The notes: generated by a model from the letters alone, not told the origin. A stretch of 63,196 nucleotides of DNA, filler included, from Octopus bimaculoides (GCF_001194135.2; 4 parts of 4 records of this genome joined end to end with filler, not necessarily neighbours in it), one strand, 5' to 3'; positions 24,945-37,067 are shown, numbered from the whole stretch's first letter. Translations and numbers: made by a program.

Positions 24945-25800
24945 TGTGAAGACTTGAAAGAAATGAAACATATATGCTCCAATGAGTGTGCAATGTATGT
25001 GTGCTTGTACAACAATGTATAGATATGCATAGAGGAAAACTAGGCATAAGAGGCATCAGATGTGGTGTTCAGGAGAAAAAATTTCAGTGGTATGGTCATG
25101 TGATGTAAATGGGTGAAGACAGGTGTATAAAGAAGTGCTGATCACTAAACTTGAACAAAACAAATGGATGAGGAAAACCTAGGAAGATTTGGGACAAAGT
25201 GGTGAAGACTGACTTCAAGGGACCTAAAGTAATGGTTTTATACTGTCCTTGAGAAAACCCATCCATCTCAGCAAAATTGAGGTTCTGTCAAGCCTTCCCC
25301 CACAACTCATCTATTTTCTTTACTTCCTGCTATACTGAACTGATATATTGTGCATCAAACTTATTCCCTATCTCTAATCATCAATCACACTATTTTCACT
25401 CAGTGCACTTCCTATTCTGCCTCATATTCATGTTGTACCTGGATCTCATATCTCTTTCTTTCTCTCTCTTTTTCTTTCTCACTTTCCAGGTGGGTAAGCC
25501 ATATATTTGCCTCTTCAGCAAGACATCTGCTTCTCTCCCTCTATCATTTCTTTCTCTAGTCTGTACCCCTCTCACTTGAGGGTTTTTTTATGTGGGTACT
25601 TGGCAGTCTCAATGGTGTTAATGTCATGTAAAGATCACCCAGTATACTTTAAGTGGTTGGCATTAAGAAGGGCATCCAACTGTAGAAACCATGCCAAAGC
25701 AGACATAGAACTTAGTGGAACCCTCTGGCTCATCTGTTCTTATCAAACCATTCAGTCCATGCCAGCATGAAAAAAGGGACATTATATGATGATGGTGATG
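24945..25800 (+). mobile_element. Old RTE LINE 3' remnant
   Basis: RLERNETYML...LGIRGIRCGVQEKKFQWYGHVM...GKPRKIWDKVVKTD, plus a degenerate RTE tail at 25600-25800. Confidence 0.7.
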
Positions 25801-25833
25801 ATGCCACTGCTTCTGCCACTGCTGATGACGACA

Positions 25834-26738
25834 CAGGGTGTTCAGGCTAAATTTGACAGCTTACATAAAAGGAAAAGAAAACACAGTATTCCATCCAAAA
25901 CTAAAAGTATTTTAAAAAATTCAAAAAATATCCAGATTATAGCCAGCAGATAACACTTTACTCAAAGTTGCTACCCTCAGCTTCCACCATGACCTCAGTA
26001 TGGCTCCAGAACCTGTCACATGTGTTCCTCACTGCTTACCTGGGAAGGTCTTCAAACACCTTGATCTTGGCCAACTGCTTAACCTGGTGTTGCAGGTAGA
26101 ACAATTGGTGCTTTCTCAAGCGTGCCCCACATATAGTAATCCACTGGATTACAATCAGGAGAATTAGGAGGGCAGAAATTGAAGCTGGTAAAGTTGTAGA
26201 AATTCTCTGGTAACCACTACTGGCTTTTTCTGAAGGAATGGCAAGGGGTTAGATTCTGCTGGCATGCATATGGTCTTCCAGTTGCAACCCTCTCCAGCCA
26301 GAGATTAACCAGTCTCCAGCAGCTTCACATAGCTACTTTCATTGAGCCTAAGGCTCTGTTCAAGGATGTGGATGTGTATTCTGGCATGCAGATGCAGTCA
26401 GAATGCCTTCTGTATCCTTTCCTGCTGAACATAGCTCTGTAGTCTCCACTGCAGCTGTCCATGTCACATCTTACAGCCTTTACTGTGTTCACTGAGCATT
26501 GAGCAACTATCATGATGTCATCATTTTGGCACCTGTGTCAAATCCTCATAATACAAGTAACTCTTTTCCAATATTCAGATGGTTTCCTGTCCTCCATGTC
26601 AGCTGACTTCTTCTCAACTACAGCCTTAATTTTTATGCACTTCAATGCCATTGACTGTTCAGCAATACATCAAGCTGTTTCCTGATAAAGATAAAAAGAG
26701 ACAAAAAAAAAATCAGCAAATTTAGTCCCAACACCCTG
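25834..26738 (-). mobile_element. Internally deleted Tc1/mariner element with TIRs
   Basis: TIRs CAGGGTGTTCAGGCTAAATTTG and CAAATTTAGTCCCAACACCCTG|TA. Minus frame QQNLTPCH...CPPNSPDCNPVDYYMWG...EAEGSNFE*. Confidence 0.85.
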
Positions 26739-26799
26739 TATATCATATGTACTGAAGCTCAACTTACATCTGAGTATGACCACTTTTTGGAAAGTTGTA

Positions 26800-27000
26800 A
26801 ATTCCTTGAATGTTAACAGCACAGAGCAGTGGAGTTGCTGGTCAATTCCAGATATAGCTGAGATTTGTGTTGACCACTTTTTCTAGGTCCTTCCTGGCTA
26901 ATAAGTGAGTAGTATTATCCTGCTGAAAGGCTACTTAGTTACTCAAGGTGTTGCCAAATCTCTCCATTGCCATAGTTTGTTAAGAAATGACCGCTATCTG
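26800..27000 (-). mobile_element. Second Tc1-like transposase fragment
   Basis: FQQDNTTH...W..PATP resembles FQQDNAPxH...WPAxSP. Confidence 0.45.
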
Positions 27001-27259
27001 AAGCTGCCTATGTGTAGGTTTGCTATTATATACTTCTTGTTACTACAGGACTTTGTGAGAAACTCATAATGTATTTTTCAAGAAGTTTCTGTGCATGAAA
27101 TTGATTATAACGAATGAAGCCTGCATAGAACTGCGCACATGTATATGCATATATATGTAGAGAAGTGCTGCTGTTAGCAAGATGACAAAAATAAGTTAAG
27201 TAATGAATTTAGTGCATCAGCAAGTGTCTGAAGAGCTTATTTTTTAATCTCTTATATAT

Positions 27260-27950
27260 TTTAGTTTTCCAGGCCAGAGTAGAGGAGTTGAAAACAAAAT
27301 TTCTTTAGGATCACTTGTTTGCTGATAATGTAATTCTCATAGCTGAATCTGTCAAAGAATTAGAGAAGAAATCCTAAATATGGAAGCAAAGTCTAGAATG
27401 AAGAGATCTTAAAGTAAACCTAGCAAAGTTTAGTTAGCTGGAAAAAAGACCAGACTCTGCTGCCTTTAGGGAGGTAGTCTAACTCAATACACAAAGAAGG
27501 CACCGGAAAGGACTCTGAACAGTGTATCAAATGAAAACTATGATTACATGAATGATGAGATGGTTTAAAAAGCAAGCTGACTGAGAAATACTTTGTATGT
27601 AGCAAATGCGCAGTAATTGTTACCAGTATAAATATCTATGAAATAGATTGTTTTTCTAACATCTGGAAGGTTCCATTGATAGTTTCTGATGCCTCTATGG
27701 CTCAATTAACAGTGGAGGTGGGTGTTCCAAAAGTAGAGTAACCAAAGTAAGAATGGTGTAAAAAATGCTCAAGGAACTATTATCTCTGTTGGCAACAAAG
27801 TGATTTCTCTGCAAGTGAAGAGTAGATTGCATTATGCTTGTATACTAAGTACACTGTTGTATAGTGGTAAAACATGGGGACTGAATGTGGTGGACTAGAA
27901 AGAAATTCAGCAAGAGTACTCTGCAGGATGTGTAATACAGTTCTATATTT
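27260..27950 (+). mobile_element. RTE LINE RT fragment, decayed
   Basis: LFADNVILIAESVKEL...LKVNL; GGCSKS; LLYSGKTWGLN; LERNSARVLCRMCN. Confidence 0.7.
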
Positions 27951-27963
27951 AAGAGATGAGGAA

Positions 27964-28218
27964 TTATTTACATTATTTACATTATTTACATTATTTACAT
28001 TTGACGGATATTTGTCCTCATCTTGTTTGTTGTTAACACAACGTTTCGGCTGCTATACCCTCCAGCCTTCATCAGGTGTCTTGGGGAAATTTTGAACCTG
28101 GGGGTTCTCATTCCTAACGATGTTACTATTATTATATTATTATTATTAGGTCGCTGCCGTGAATCGAACTCGGAATCTTGGGGTTAGTAGCCCGTGCTCT
28201 TAACCACTACACCATATG
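27964..28218 (-). mobile_element. SINE family D copy 2, with 9-bp tandem 3' tail
   Basis: tRNA head TGGTGTAGTGGTTAAGAGCACGGGCTACTAACCCCAAGATTCCGAGTTCGATTC; tail (TGTAAATAA)x4 at 27964-27999. Confidence 0.88.
28035..28080 (-). ncRNA. Minimal type I hammerhead ribozyme with intact core
   Basis: GACAC-CTGATGA-A-GGCTG-GAGGGTATAG-CAGCC-GAA-ACGT-T-GTGTT. Stem I GACAC/GTGTT, stem II GGCTG/CAGCC, palindromic ACGT, GUU cleavage triplet. Confidence 0.75.
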
Positions 28219-28498
28219 TCTACCCTATGTGAAAGGCCTCTCCGAAAAGATACAAAAGATATGCGGCCCATATGACATCAGGGCAGTATTCAAGAGCGAT
28301 ACAACACTTCGCAAATATCTCCTTTGGGTAAAACCACCAACAGAAGAGAATATGACCAAAAACTGCGTGTACTCCATCCGATGCAGCTGTGGTAGGTTAT
28401 ACAAAGGCGAAACATGTCGCCCCCTCAAAATAAGGGTAGAAGAACATCACAAAGCTGTGACACAAGGAGATATTGATAAATCGGGTATAGCTGATCAT
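28214..28498 (+). mobile_element. Penelope/Poseidon-like thumb + GIY-YIG fragment
   Basis: LPYVKGLSEKI...CVYSIRCSCGRLYKGETCRPLKIRVEEH...SGIADH. Confidence 0.88.
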
Positions 28499-29089
28499 TC
28501 TTTTTATGTAAGCCATTCTTTCTGTTCAGTTGGACTCCACTTTTCGTCTAAGTTAAAATTTCAGTGGATGACAGTATGTTATTTCTGTATAGCATTCATA
28601 GGTCTTCATTTAGAACCCATGTCTCACTGTCATTTTTAATCACATGAACATATGCTTTATTCAATCAGCCTTTTGTGTGAAAAGAGAAACCCATTGTTAT
28701 TAACAAAAGGTAACAACTTATTAAGCTTTTACCTTACCCTAGTTACTACATTTCCATTACAAGCAACACTTGTACTAATTATATCACCTAGTTGTATCTA
28801 GGCAGTTCAATAATTATTCATGATGAATAGATTAGGCAAGGATTGCTTATGTTATCCAACTAATTTCTCATTTATTAATGGGTCATTTTGTGATTGTAGA
28901 CTTCAGTGCTTTATGTACAAGTTTAATTGCAAAGGAGACAATAAAATATTTGGTTAGAAGAGTCAGGTGTAACTCTATATAATTACTTCTTTTCTTGCTT
29001 CTCTTGGTTGTCCTGAGTGCATCCTACTTAACCATTAAGATGGCCAAAGTAAGTAGTGACCAGTTATGTCTCCCCCACCCCCCAAAAAA

Positions 29090-29290
29090 AACTTTAGGCC
29101 CAAGGCCTAAAATTTTGGGGGAAGAGTCTTGTTGATTACATCAATCCCAGTACTCAACTAGCATTTTTTTTATCAACCCCAAAAGATGAAAAGTAAAGCC
29201 AACCTTGGCAGCATTTGACCTCAGAATGTAAGACCAGAAGAAATGTTACTAAGTATTTTGTCTAGCATGCTAACAGTTTTTACAACTATC
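29090..29290 (-). mobile_element. SINE family B, degenerate, tail type 1
   Basis: Similarity to 2040-2251. Confidence 0.65.
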
Positions 29291-29309
29291 TGGACTCTTG
29301 AACTAGCAA

Positions 29310-29620
29310 CATCATCATCATCATCATCGTTTAACATCCGCTTTCCATGCTAGCATGGGTTGGACGATTTGACTGAGGACTGGTGAAACCGGATGGCAAC
29401 ACCAGGCTCCAATCTAAATTTGGCAGAGTTTCTACAGCTGGATGCCCTTCCTAACGCCAACCACTCAGAGAGTGTAGTGGGTGCTTTTACGTGTCACCTG
29501 CACGAAGGCCAGTCAGGCGATACTGGCAACGGCCACGCTCGAAATAGTGTCTTTTATGTGCCACCCACACAAGCCAGTCCAGGGGCACTGGCAACGATCT
29601 CGCTCGAAAATCCTATGAAG
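29310..29620 (-). mobile_element. RTE LINE 3' UTR and tail
   Basis: (CAT)n CGTTTAACATCCGCTTTCCATGCTAGCATGG; reverse complement of the 23767-24068 type. Confidence 0.85.
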
Positions 29621-29720
29621 NNNNNNNNNNNNNNNNNNNNNNNNNNNNNNNNNNNNNNNNNNNNTTAATTAATTAANNNNNNNNNNNNNNNNNNNNNNNN
29701 NNNNNNNNNNNNNNNNNNNN
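29621..29720. other. Artificial join linker N44-TTAATTAATTAA-N44
   Basis: Exactly 44+12+44 bases; identical at 40764-40863 and 54873-54972. Confidence 0.9.
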
Positions 29721-29725
29721 CCTAT

Positions 29726-29987
29726 TGTTATATGGACTGTTAGATATGTAATTCGTCTGACGTTCCGTGTGTCACTGTGGTTCGTCTGAGTTCATTGTTT
29801 CATTGTTGTTGTCTTGTGGGACTGTCGTAGTAAAATGTCATTGAGATATATATGGCGGACATGACCTTTGTTTATTCATAACGAACATTGGGTGAGTGCG
29901 TTCTTTGTGTGTATTTGAATAATAAATGTAATAATTAAATTGTACAACTCGTGTTATCTCTACGAGTCATCCGAGGGAAACATAACA
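29726..29987 (+). mobile_element. Solo LTR (262 bp) with 5-bp TSD
   Basis: CCTAT|TGTTAT...ATAACA|CCTAT; TATA-like GATATATAT and AATAAA inside. Confidence 0.85.
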
Positions 29988-31173
29988 CCTATGAATATAT
30001 ATGTGTGTGTGTATGTACTTGTATATGTATGTATGTGTAGGTACATTTATGTATATTTGTGTATGGTGTGTATAGATATATATGTATATATATGCATCGG
30101 CTTATGTATTTATGTATGTCTGTATATATGTATATGCGTATGTGCATGTATGTATGAATGAATGTATGCACGTGTATACGTGTCTCTATGGATGAACTGA
30201 TACATCTATACGATCGTGTGGATGTCTGTGTGTGTGTTCAAATATGGATTTATGTATGTATATATGTGTGTGTGTATGCAAGTATATATGTATGAATATA
30301 TATATATACATATACATGTTGTGTTGGTCTGTCTGTGCATATGTGTGTGTGTGTGTCTGTGTATACATGAGTGTGTAGGTCTCTGTGTGTGCAGGTGTGT
30401 CTGCATATTCCCCTGAGTATATATATGTGTGTGTATCTATGTATACATTTCTGTATGTATGTTTGTCTTTTACTATTACTACTTGTACCTCTCTCCCAGT
30501 GCCGAAACACTCTAAGGTCATAAATTTTAGGTCTCTTCCCCCCCACCTACAACAAATATCTTTAACATCTTCATCCTTTGACTCTGGACAACTGTCTAGT
30601 TACCTATTTGATAGATCTTTTCACTTTAAGTTGTTGCAGACTAATGTCGCTGTGTAGTTAAACACATCAACTTCTATCAGATAAATCTTGGTAACAATGG
30701 CTCTGCCAGAACTGGTTGACACACCACCAGCTTTTTCTTTTCCTTCTTCTTCTTCCACTTCCTTTCCTTCTCCTTCCGATTCTTCTCTTTTGCCACCTCC
30801 TATTTTCCTCCCCCTTCTTCCCTTTCTTCCTCCTATCATTATATGTATCCACCTTCTTGATTCCTCCCTCCCCACATCATTTCTTCCCATAGATCCATCC
30901 TGCATACTTACTTGTAATTGTTTCCTTTTTATTTCCTCCTGGTACTTACATAACAACAAGGTCTGATAGGTGCACAATGTAATAGCATGACTTTGATGCA
31001 AGTCTGAGGAAGTGCCTCTTCAATGCCTAAAACTGCAAATGTTACATAAATTTTCTTTTAGAACTTTTGTGTAAACTGGTGTTGCAAATGGAGATGGTAT
31101 GGAAACATGTGTAACTTATAATTAAGAATTTTCTTTGCCTTCTTTTCATTGTATATATATATATATATGTATG

Positions 31174-31252
<79 letters not shown>

Positions 31253-31685
31253 TAAAATAAGCAACAAGGAAATCCAGAGGTAAAGCAGTACAATTGTTTC
31301 ATGCAATTCCATTTAATTGAACAATGTAATCATTACATCAATTTAAAATGCAGAGCAATCTTCAGCTGCACAAAGACATAGAATTTAATTAAATTAGAAC
31401 AGATGGATACATTAGTATAATAATACCTAAAATCTCCCAGAGGTTAGGGAGACAGACATCATGGAAGCTAATAAATAAAATGTCAAAAAGACTCTGTCTG
31501 TCACTGAGTTTTTATTTGTTTTTTTTAGTTTAGATTTAGAGACTATCATATCAAACCTTGTATATCTAAAGCTTAAGACAATAAAGGGCATTATCTATTA
31601 GGGGTAGGGGTTATAGAGCAGACAGAAATCATGGTTGGTATTGTCATAAACTCATGAGGTTTGGTAAAGGAAAACTTAAAACAAG

Positions 31686-31865
31686 ATGTTGGCTGACAAC
31701 TAAGGGGAAGTCTTATCATGTAGTACTATAGTTAAAAGTTTTAAAACAATGTTGGCTGACAACTAAGGGGAAGTCTTATCATGTAGTACTATAGTTAAAA
31801 GTTTTAAAACAATGTTTTAAAATACTGTATACAAACAAAGTTTTAAAATACTGTATACAAACAAA
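31686..31865. repeat. Adjacent perfect tandem duplications (63 bp x2 and 26 bp x2)
   Basis: 31686-31748 equals 31749-31811; 31814-31839 equals 31840-31865. Confidence 0.92.
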
Positions 31866-32313
31866 GTTTATGGCTATTCATAGGGTTATTAATAAGAATA
31901 TATTAACAAAAGGATAGAAATTTATGGATACTTTTGAGTATATACCAAACTTATACCACAATAGAGGGAAGAAAAGAAAAGAAATTTATTCAGAAATAGT
32001 TTAATATTTATACATACTGCACACTTAAAAAACTAACTCATCATATGGTATCTATGAATATTGATTAATAGGTATATACTGATATTAATAAAGGAGTATT
32101 GAGGTAAAAGAACATTCTAATTATATATTAATAAAATTATATTCTTAGGAGTTTTTTTTATATATATGCAGTAAATATATCAGTATAGTTTTATATATGC
32201 TAAGTATGAATTAATAGATACAAAGATTTGCTTAATTTATTTATGAATAAATAAAGGCTAGTTATTAATTAATAAAGAAATGAAATAAAATAATCAATTA
32301 GGGAAGAATACCA

Positions 32314-32711
32314 TACTCTTTACTCTTTTACTTGTTTCAGTCATTTGACTGTGGCCATGCTGGAGCACCGTCTTTAGTCAAGCAAACTGACCCCAGGACT
32401 TATTCTTTGTAAGCCTAGTACTTATTCTATTGGTCTCTTTTGCCGAAACCACTAAGTAACAGGGACGTAAACACACCAGCATCAGTTGTCAAGTGATGTT
32501 GGAGGACAAACACAGACACACAAACACATACATATATACACATATATACGACGGTCTTCTTTCAGTTTCCGTCTACCAAATCCACTCACAAGGCTTTAGT
32601 TGGCCCGAGGCTATAGTAGAAGACACTTGCCCAAGATGCCACGCAGTGGGACTGCACTCGGAACCATGTGGTTTGTAAGCAAGCTACTTACCACACAGCC
32701 ACTCCTACGCC
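32314..32711 (-). mobile_element. SINE family A, full length
   Basis: Reverse complement of the 13916-14323 type. Confidence 0.9.
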
Positions 32712-33839
32712 TATAAGAAATAAAATAGCTAAAATTACCAGTGCTATGGTAAAGTATATTTACCTTAACACCAATAGAGAAGATTTATACAGAAAAAGTA
32801 TACAAGTTAAATTTAAAACTATACAAGTTAAATTTAAAATTTTTAGTCCAATATATTTTAAATCATTATACTTTTTGCCTTATTAATTAACACACTCACT
32901 GGTTTGATTTCCACTCATTTGCTTATTTATTTTTCTAAAATTTGACTCTGTCTATTATCAGAACTGCATTTTTTGTTTATGCGCATGTGTGTGCATGTGT
33001 ATACATATATGTATGTGTGTGTGTGTATGTATGCATGTGTGTGTGTGCATATATATATATGTGTATGTGTGTACATTTGTATGTATTCTGCATATTCATG
33101 TGTTTGTGTGTTTGTATGTGTGTGTGTGTATTTGTGTATTTTGTGTATGTACCTCTGTCTCTTTGTGTGCATGTTTGAGTGTGTCTATGTGTATGGATTT
33201 ATGTGACTATGTACATGCATCTGTTATGTATGTCTGTCTTTCTCCATGTGTCCTTATGTGTGTGTGTGAAGTGTGCATTTATGTATATGGTCATGTGTTT
33301 CAGGCTTCTTTTATGTATGTGTGTGTGTACTTGTCTATCCATATTACCTATGTGCCTATCCATCTACATAACTGTCTGTTTACTTNNNNNNNNNNNNNNN
33401 NNNNNNNNNNNNNNNNNNNNNNNNNNNNNNNNNNNNNNNNNNNNNNNNNNNNNNNNNNNNNNNNNNNNNNNNNNNNNNNNNNNNNNNNNNNNNNNNNNNN
33501 NNNNNNNNNNNNNNNNNNNNNNNNNNNNNNNNNNNNNNNNNNNNNNNNNNNNNNNNNNNNNNNNNNNNNNNNNNNNNNNNNNNNNNNNNNNNNNNNNNNN
33601 NNNNNNNNNNNNNCATATATGGGTACAGGACATCACCAACTGTGTAAACAGCATGAAATATGAAAACAAACGAGTTAAATATGCAAACAACAAGAGAAAA
33701 ATAGAAAACAGGACAAATAAACACAGAAAACAACCCTTCATCAGTTGTCGGCTATCTATCTATTCTTCATTTCGAGCATCCAACGACAATATGAGTCTTC
33801 AAAGACAGTTGCTCCCATAAATTCCAAAATAAAATTTAA

Positions 33840-34705
33840 GATGTCTTGCAAGCAACTTGCACATGCAAGTGCTATCAGTTGAGAACTCCGCATACCGGAA
33901 GCCAGCAAGTGTATGGGGTCATCAGGAGAGAATGCGCACCATTTCGGGGTCTACTTCTTGACGGCATCCATGCGCACCGCCCCACCCCCACTCACTGATA
34001 TGAGGCCCCGTTTGCTAGATCAACTGATTATTAAATAAAGCTCAATATTTCTCTAGCCATCGCTCATCGTCTCTTTTTAACCAAATCCAGTGGCTAGCCT
34101 TCTCCACTGTAGTTTGGATATTGGTCATGGTGGTATTTACCTTATGATGAGTTAGGCCTAATGATAACAACAGTCGTCTCACACTGTGTCCAACAAACCC
34201 TCTACATCCAACTTCAATTGGAAAATGCTCCGCTTTCCAGCCTGCATCTTCACATTTCTCGAGGAGGTTTACATAACAGTCAGTCTTTCGAACCCGAGCG
34301 GTATCCATGTTATTTTCATGAGGAACCATTAACTCGACTAGATTTACAACTTTCCTTCTTTCACACCACATTAAAATGTCTGGTTTTTTCGTAACTGGGA
34401 TGGGAAAGAATCCCTGGCATCCAGGTAAATCTGCAGTCACTTCCCAATAGCCGTTCCACTTTTCATCTCTCACAGGAAGTTTCCTGTTATTCTTCTTGAA
34501 ACAGATCCACTGACTTGAGCGCACAAAGGTAATGAAATCTCTAGTTGGTACTTTCAACGTTTTTTCTCAATGTTGTTGAGATGAATTTGGTTCTTTATAA
34601 CATTGAAGATAACCTTAAGGACCAGGTTGTGTCTCCATGTATACCTGTTCAATGCTAATGAACAGTTGGAAAGAATATGTTTCAGTATTCCAACCTTTCC
34701 GCATT
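33840..34705 (-). mobile_element. HERO-like non-LTR retrotransposon 3' fragment (CCHC knuckle + restriction-like endonuclease)
   Basis: KCGKVGILKHILSNCSLALNRYTWRHNLVL; PDILMW...VELMVPHENN...RKTDCY...PIEVGCRG...ASHWIWLKR. Confidence 0.85.
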
Positions 34706-34924
34706 TATAGAGGGTCAAAGTTGGGAACAAAAACAGGACAGTGGAGACATACAAGGAAACCAAACGAAAACAAACATGGAGGGTTGGTCGACCAGAACGA
34801 AAGGAAAATAATGAACGCTGGGAGAAATATTTTCTTTGAAAAGAGAAAAGATAGAAGAGAGAAAGAAAACGTCCATGCAGGAAAAGAAAGATGGTCCCGT
34901 AGGGAAAAGAAAGATGTTCATTAT

Positions 34925-36590
34925 CCTAAGTTTGCTATCAGTATGCTGATTTTCATGTTGTGTGACAAAGATGAGTTTTTGTGAACAACATATTTAGAAG
35001 CCATGGATTTCATGTAATAGGAGTGGAGGAGCTACACTCTGTTGTTCAGTCTCTAACCAAAGTTCAGTATCAAAAACAGGGAGTCTATTGTTAGGGTGTC
35101 AATAGGGGTAATCTATAATTACCTTGATACTGTAGTGGATGAGTTAGCTATATGCTGGATGCTCTCCATTATGTTCCTCTTGGTTTCTACACTACAGCTA
35201 CTAGAGTTTGTCCTAACTAGGATATTAATGTCATCTTCATACCTACTGTAAAGCAAAACAGTTGTGAATTGTTCAGTTAAAGATTAAGTTTTCTGTCCCA
35301 CCAGGTCATGAAGAGACCAGCCACATCTCCAGCCATGCCAACACTAATGGCTGCACCTTGAACCTGCATGTATAGTTTCCTGTTAAACTTTACTATGTGG
35401 TTCTTATGCTAGCCCCTATTGCATGTCCAATCATTCTTTTCATCTGACTGTTGTTCTCAGGGTCCTGGGTGGGTATGATCCAGCCACTCCAGTGCACTGC
35501 GGTGTTTTCCTCACTGCCAGGATGATGGTGGGTGGTCTTCCCCTCTATGGCCCAGTGGGGCAGAATCTACTAAGGTCATAATTGTCTAGGTAGTTACAGT
35601 CATAGCTTAGTTTAAGGAGGAGGTCCAGTTCCCTCCAGTATTGACTTTGCAGAACTCTACCTCACTCTCACAGATAATCTCAATGCATTTTTCCACAGCA
35701 AAATCTCTCTATAGATGGGTAGAGTGAAACTATATCCATACTAACTATTACATAACCTGTGAGGTCGTTGGAGTGGTTGCAGCTACTGATTCTACTGACG
35801 ATATCCTCCATGCTCTCACAAACATCCAGGGACATTTCAATGAGTGGTTGTAACACCTGTGAGAGGAAGTAAGATAACCTGTAGTTGCTGAAAATATTTG
35901 CTCCACAAACTAGCCAGGTTTACAGAAACTAACAAGCTTTATGGTCCTTATATAACCCATATATTTTTACTCTTTTACTTGTTCCAGTCATTTGACTGCG
36001 GCCATGCTGGAGCACCGCCTTTAGTCGAGCAAACCGACCCCAGGACTTATTCTTTATAAGCCTAGTACTTATTGTATCGGTCTCTTTTGCTGAACCACTA
36101 AGTTACGGAGACGTAAACACACCTGCATCGGTTGTCAAGCGATGTTGGGGGGGCAAACACAGACACACAAACTTATACACACACATACATACATACCACT
36201 CACAAGGCTTTGGTCAGCCCGAGGCTATAGTAGATGACACTTACCCTAGGTGCCACGCAGTGGGACTGAACTCAGAACCATGTGGTTGGTAAGCAAGCTA
36301 CTTACCACACAGCCACAGTATAGTGCAGCAACATCATTGTTGAATGCTTAGAAATTTTGTGCTGTCTGTTTCTTGGGTTGGAGTATGTTGCACCACATTC
36401 CCATGTATGCAGAGAAGTTTTTCTACTCTTTCATGTTCCTCTTTCAGGTGCAACTTCTCTCATGCTACTAATGTGTTGTTGCATGGTCTGGACATAGTTC
36501 TGTGGGCTGTCTATCAACAGTCTGCCAGACTTGTCCGTAGGGAGGCACACTAATTCCTTGATCCTAATTTGCTGTTTCAGTTTTTGTAGA
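34925..36590 (-). mobile_element. Divergent Penelope-like RT, decayed and interrupted by a SINE
   Basis: PTDKSG; LY|GLYKDHK; SMDIVSLYPSI; QVQGAAISVGMAG..LFMTWWDR; SRYEDDINIL; IDYP..HPNNRLPVFD; YYMKSMASKYVVHKNS. Confidence 0.75.
35966..36316 (-). mobile_element. SINE family A inserted in the PLE RT
   Basis: Family A sequence; the PLE frame resumes on both sides (LY / GLYKDHK). Confidence 0.88.
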
Positions 36591-36803
36591 CCTTTGATAA
36601 CAGATGGACTGAGTCATTATGTTTTTTAGTGGTTTTGTTATACCGGTCGGAATCTATTTCTAGCTAAAGAAATCTTGGCCTCTGTCTCACTGTCAGTCTG
36701 TGGTGGGATACATACCCTTTTGTTGAAGGGTAAGTCTCTGGGGTCGATCCTCGTCATGTCATATGATTTGTTGTTGGGAGTTATACTGTACTGACCGGTT
36801 AAT

Positions 36804-37067
36804 ATGTCTCCGAAGAAATCACACAAATACTGCTATAGAGGGAAGAATGTAGACGGCAAAGTTATTTCACTACATAGATATCCTGCAAACGTAGCTATTC
36901 GTCGTATTTGGCTTCAGAGATCGAGACTTGTGAGGAAAGACTTTGTTTACACTGCAAATAGCCAAATGTGTTCCCAGCATTTCGTCAAATGTAATGGACT
37001 ATCGAAAGATCACCCCTTGCCATCCGTTTTTCCAAACAAAGTATTTAGAATATCAGTAAGTGCATGA
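36804..37067 (+). pseudogene. THAP-domain ORF, probably a transposase N-terminus
   Basis: SLHRYP...RRIW...MCSQHF...LPSVF; conserved P, W, CxxHF and AVPTIF-like box. First Cys pair is degenerate. Confidence 0.7.

Noticed and set aside
29665-29676. TTAATTAATTAA palindrome as a biological motif
   Set aside because: It is embedded symmetrically in 44+44 Ns three times and gives stops in all six frames; it is an assembly linker.
30500-31045. Possible PLE C-terminus with a CTGAGGAAG hammerhead-like motif near 31005
   Set aside because: Peptide similarity is marginal, GAAA is absent and stem II does not pair.
33735-33960. CTGATGA and GAAA motifs in the HERO 3' UTR and the flanking repeat (also 49225 and 3073)
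   Set aside because: Order and pairing are incompatible with any hammerhead topology.
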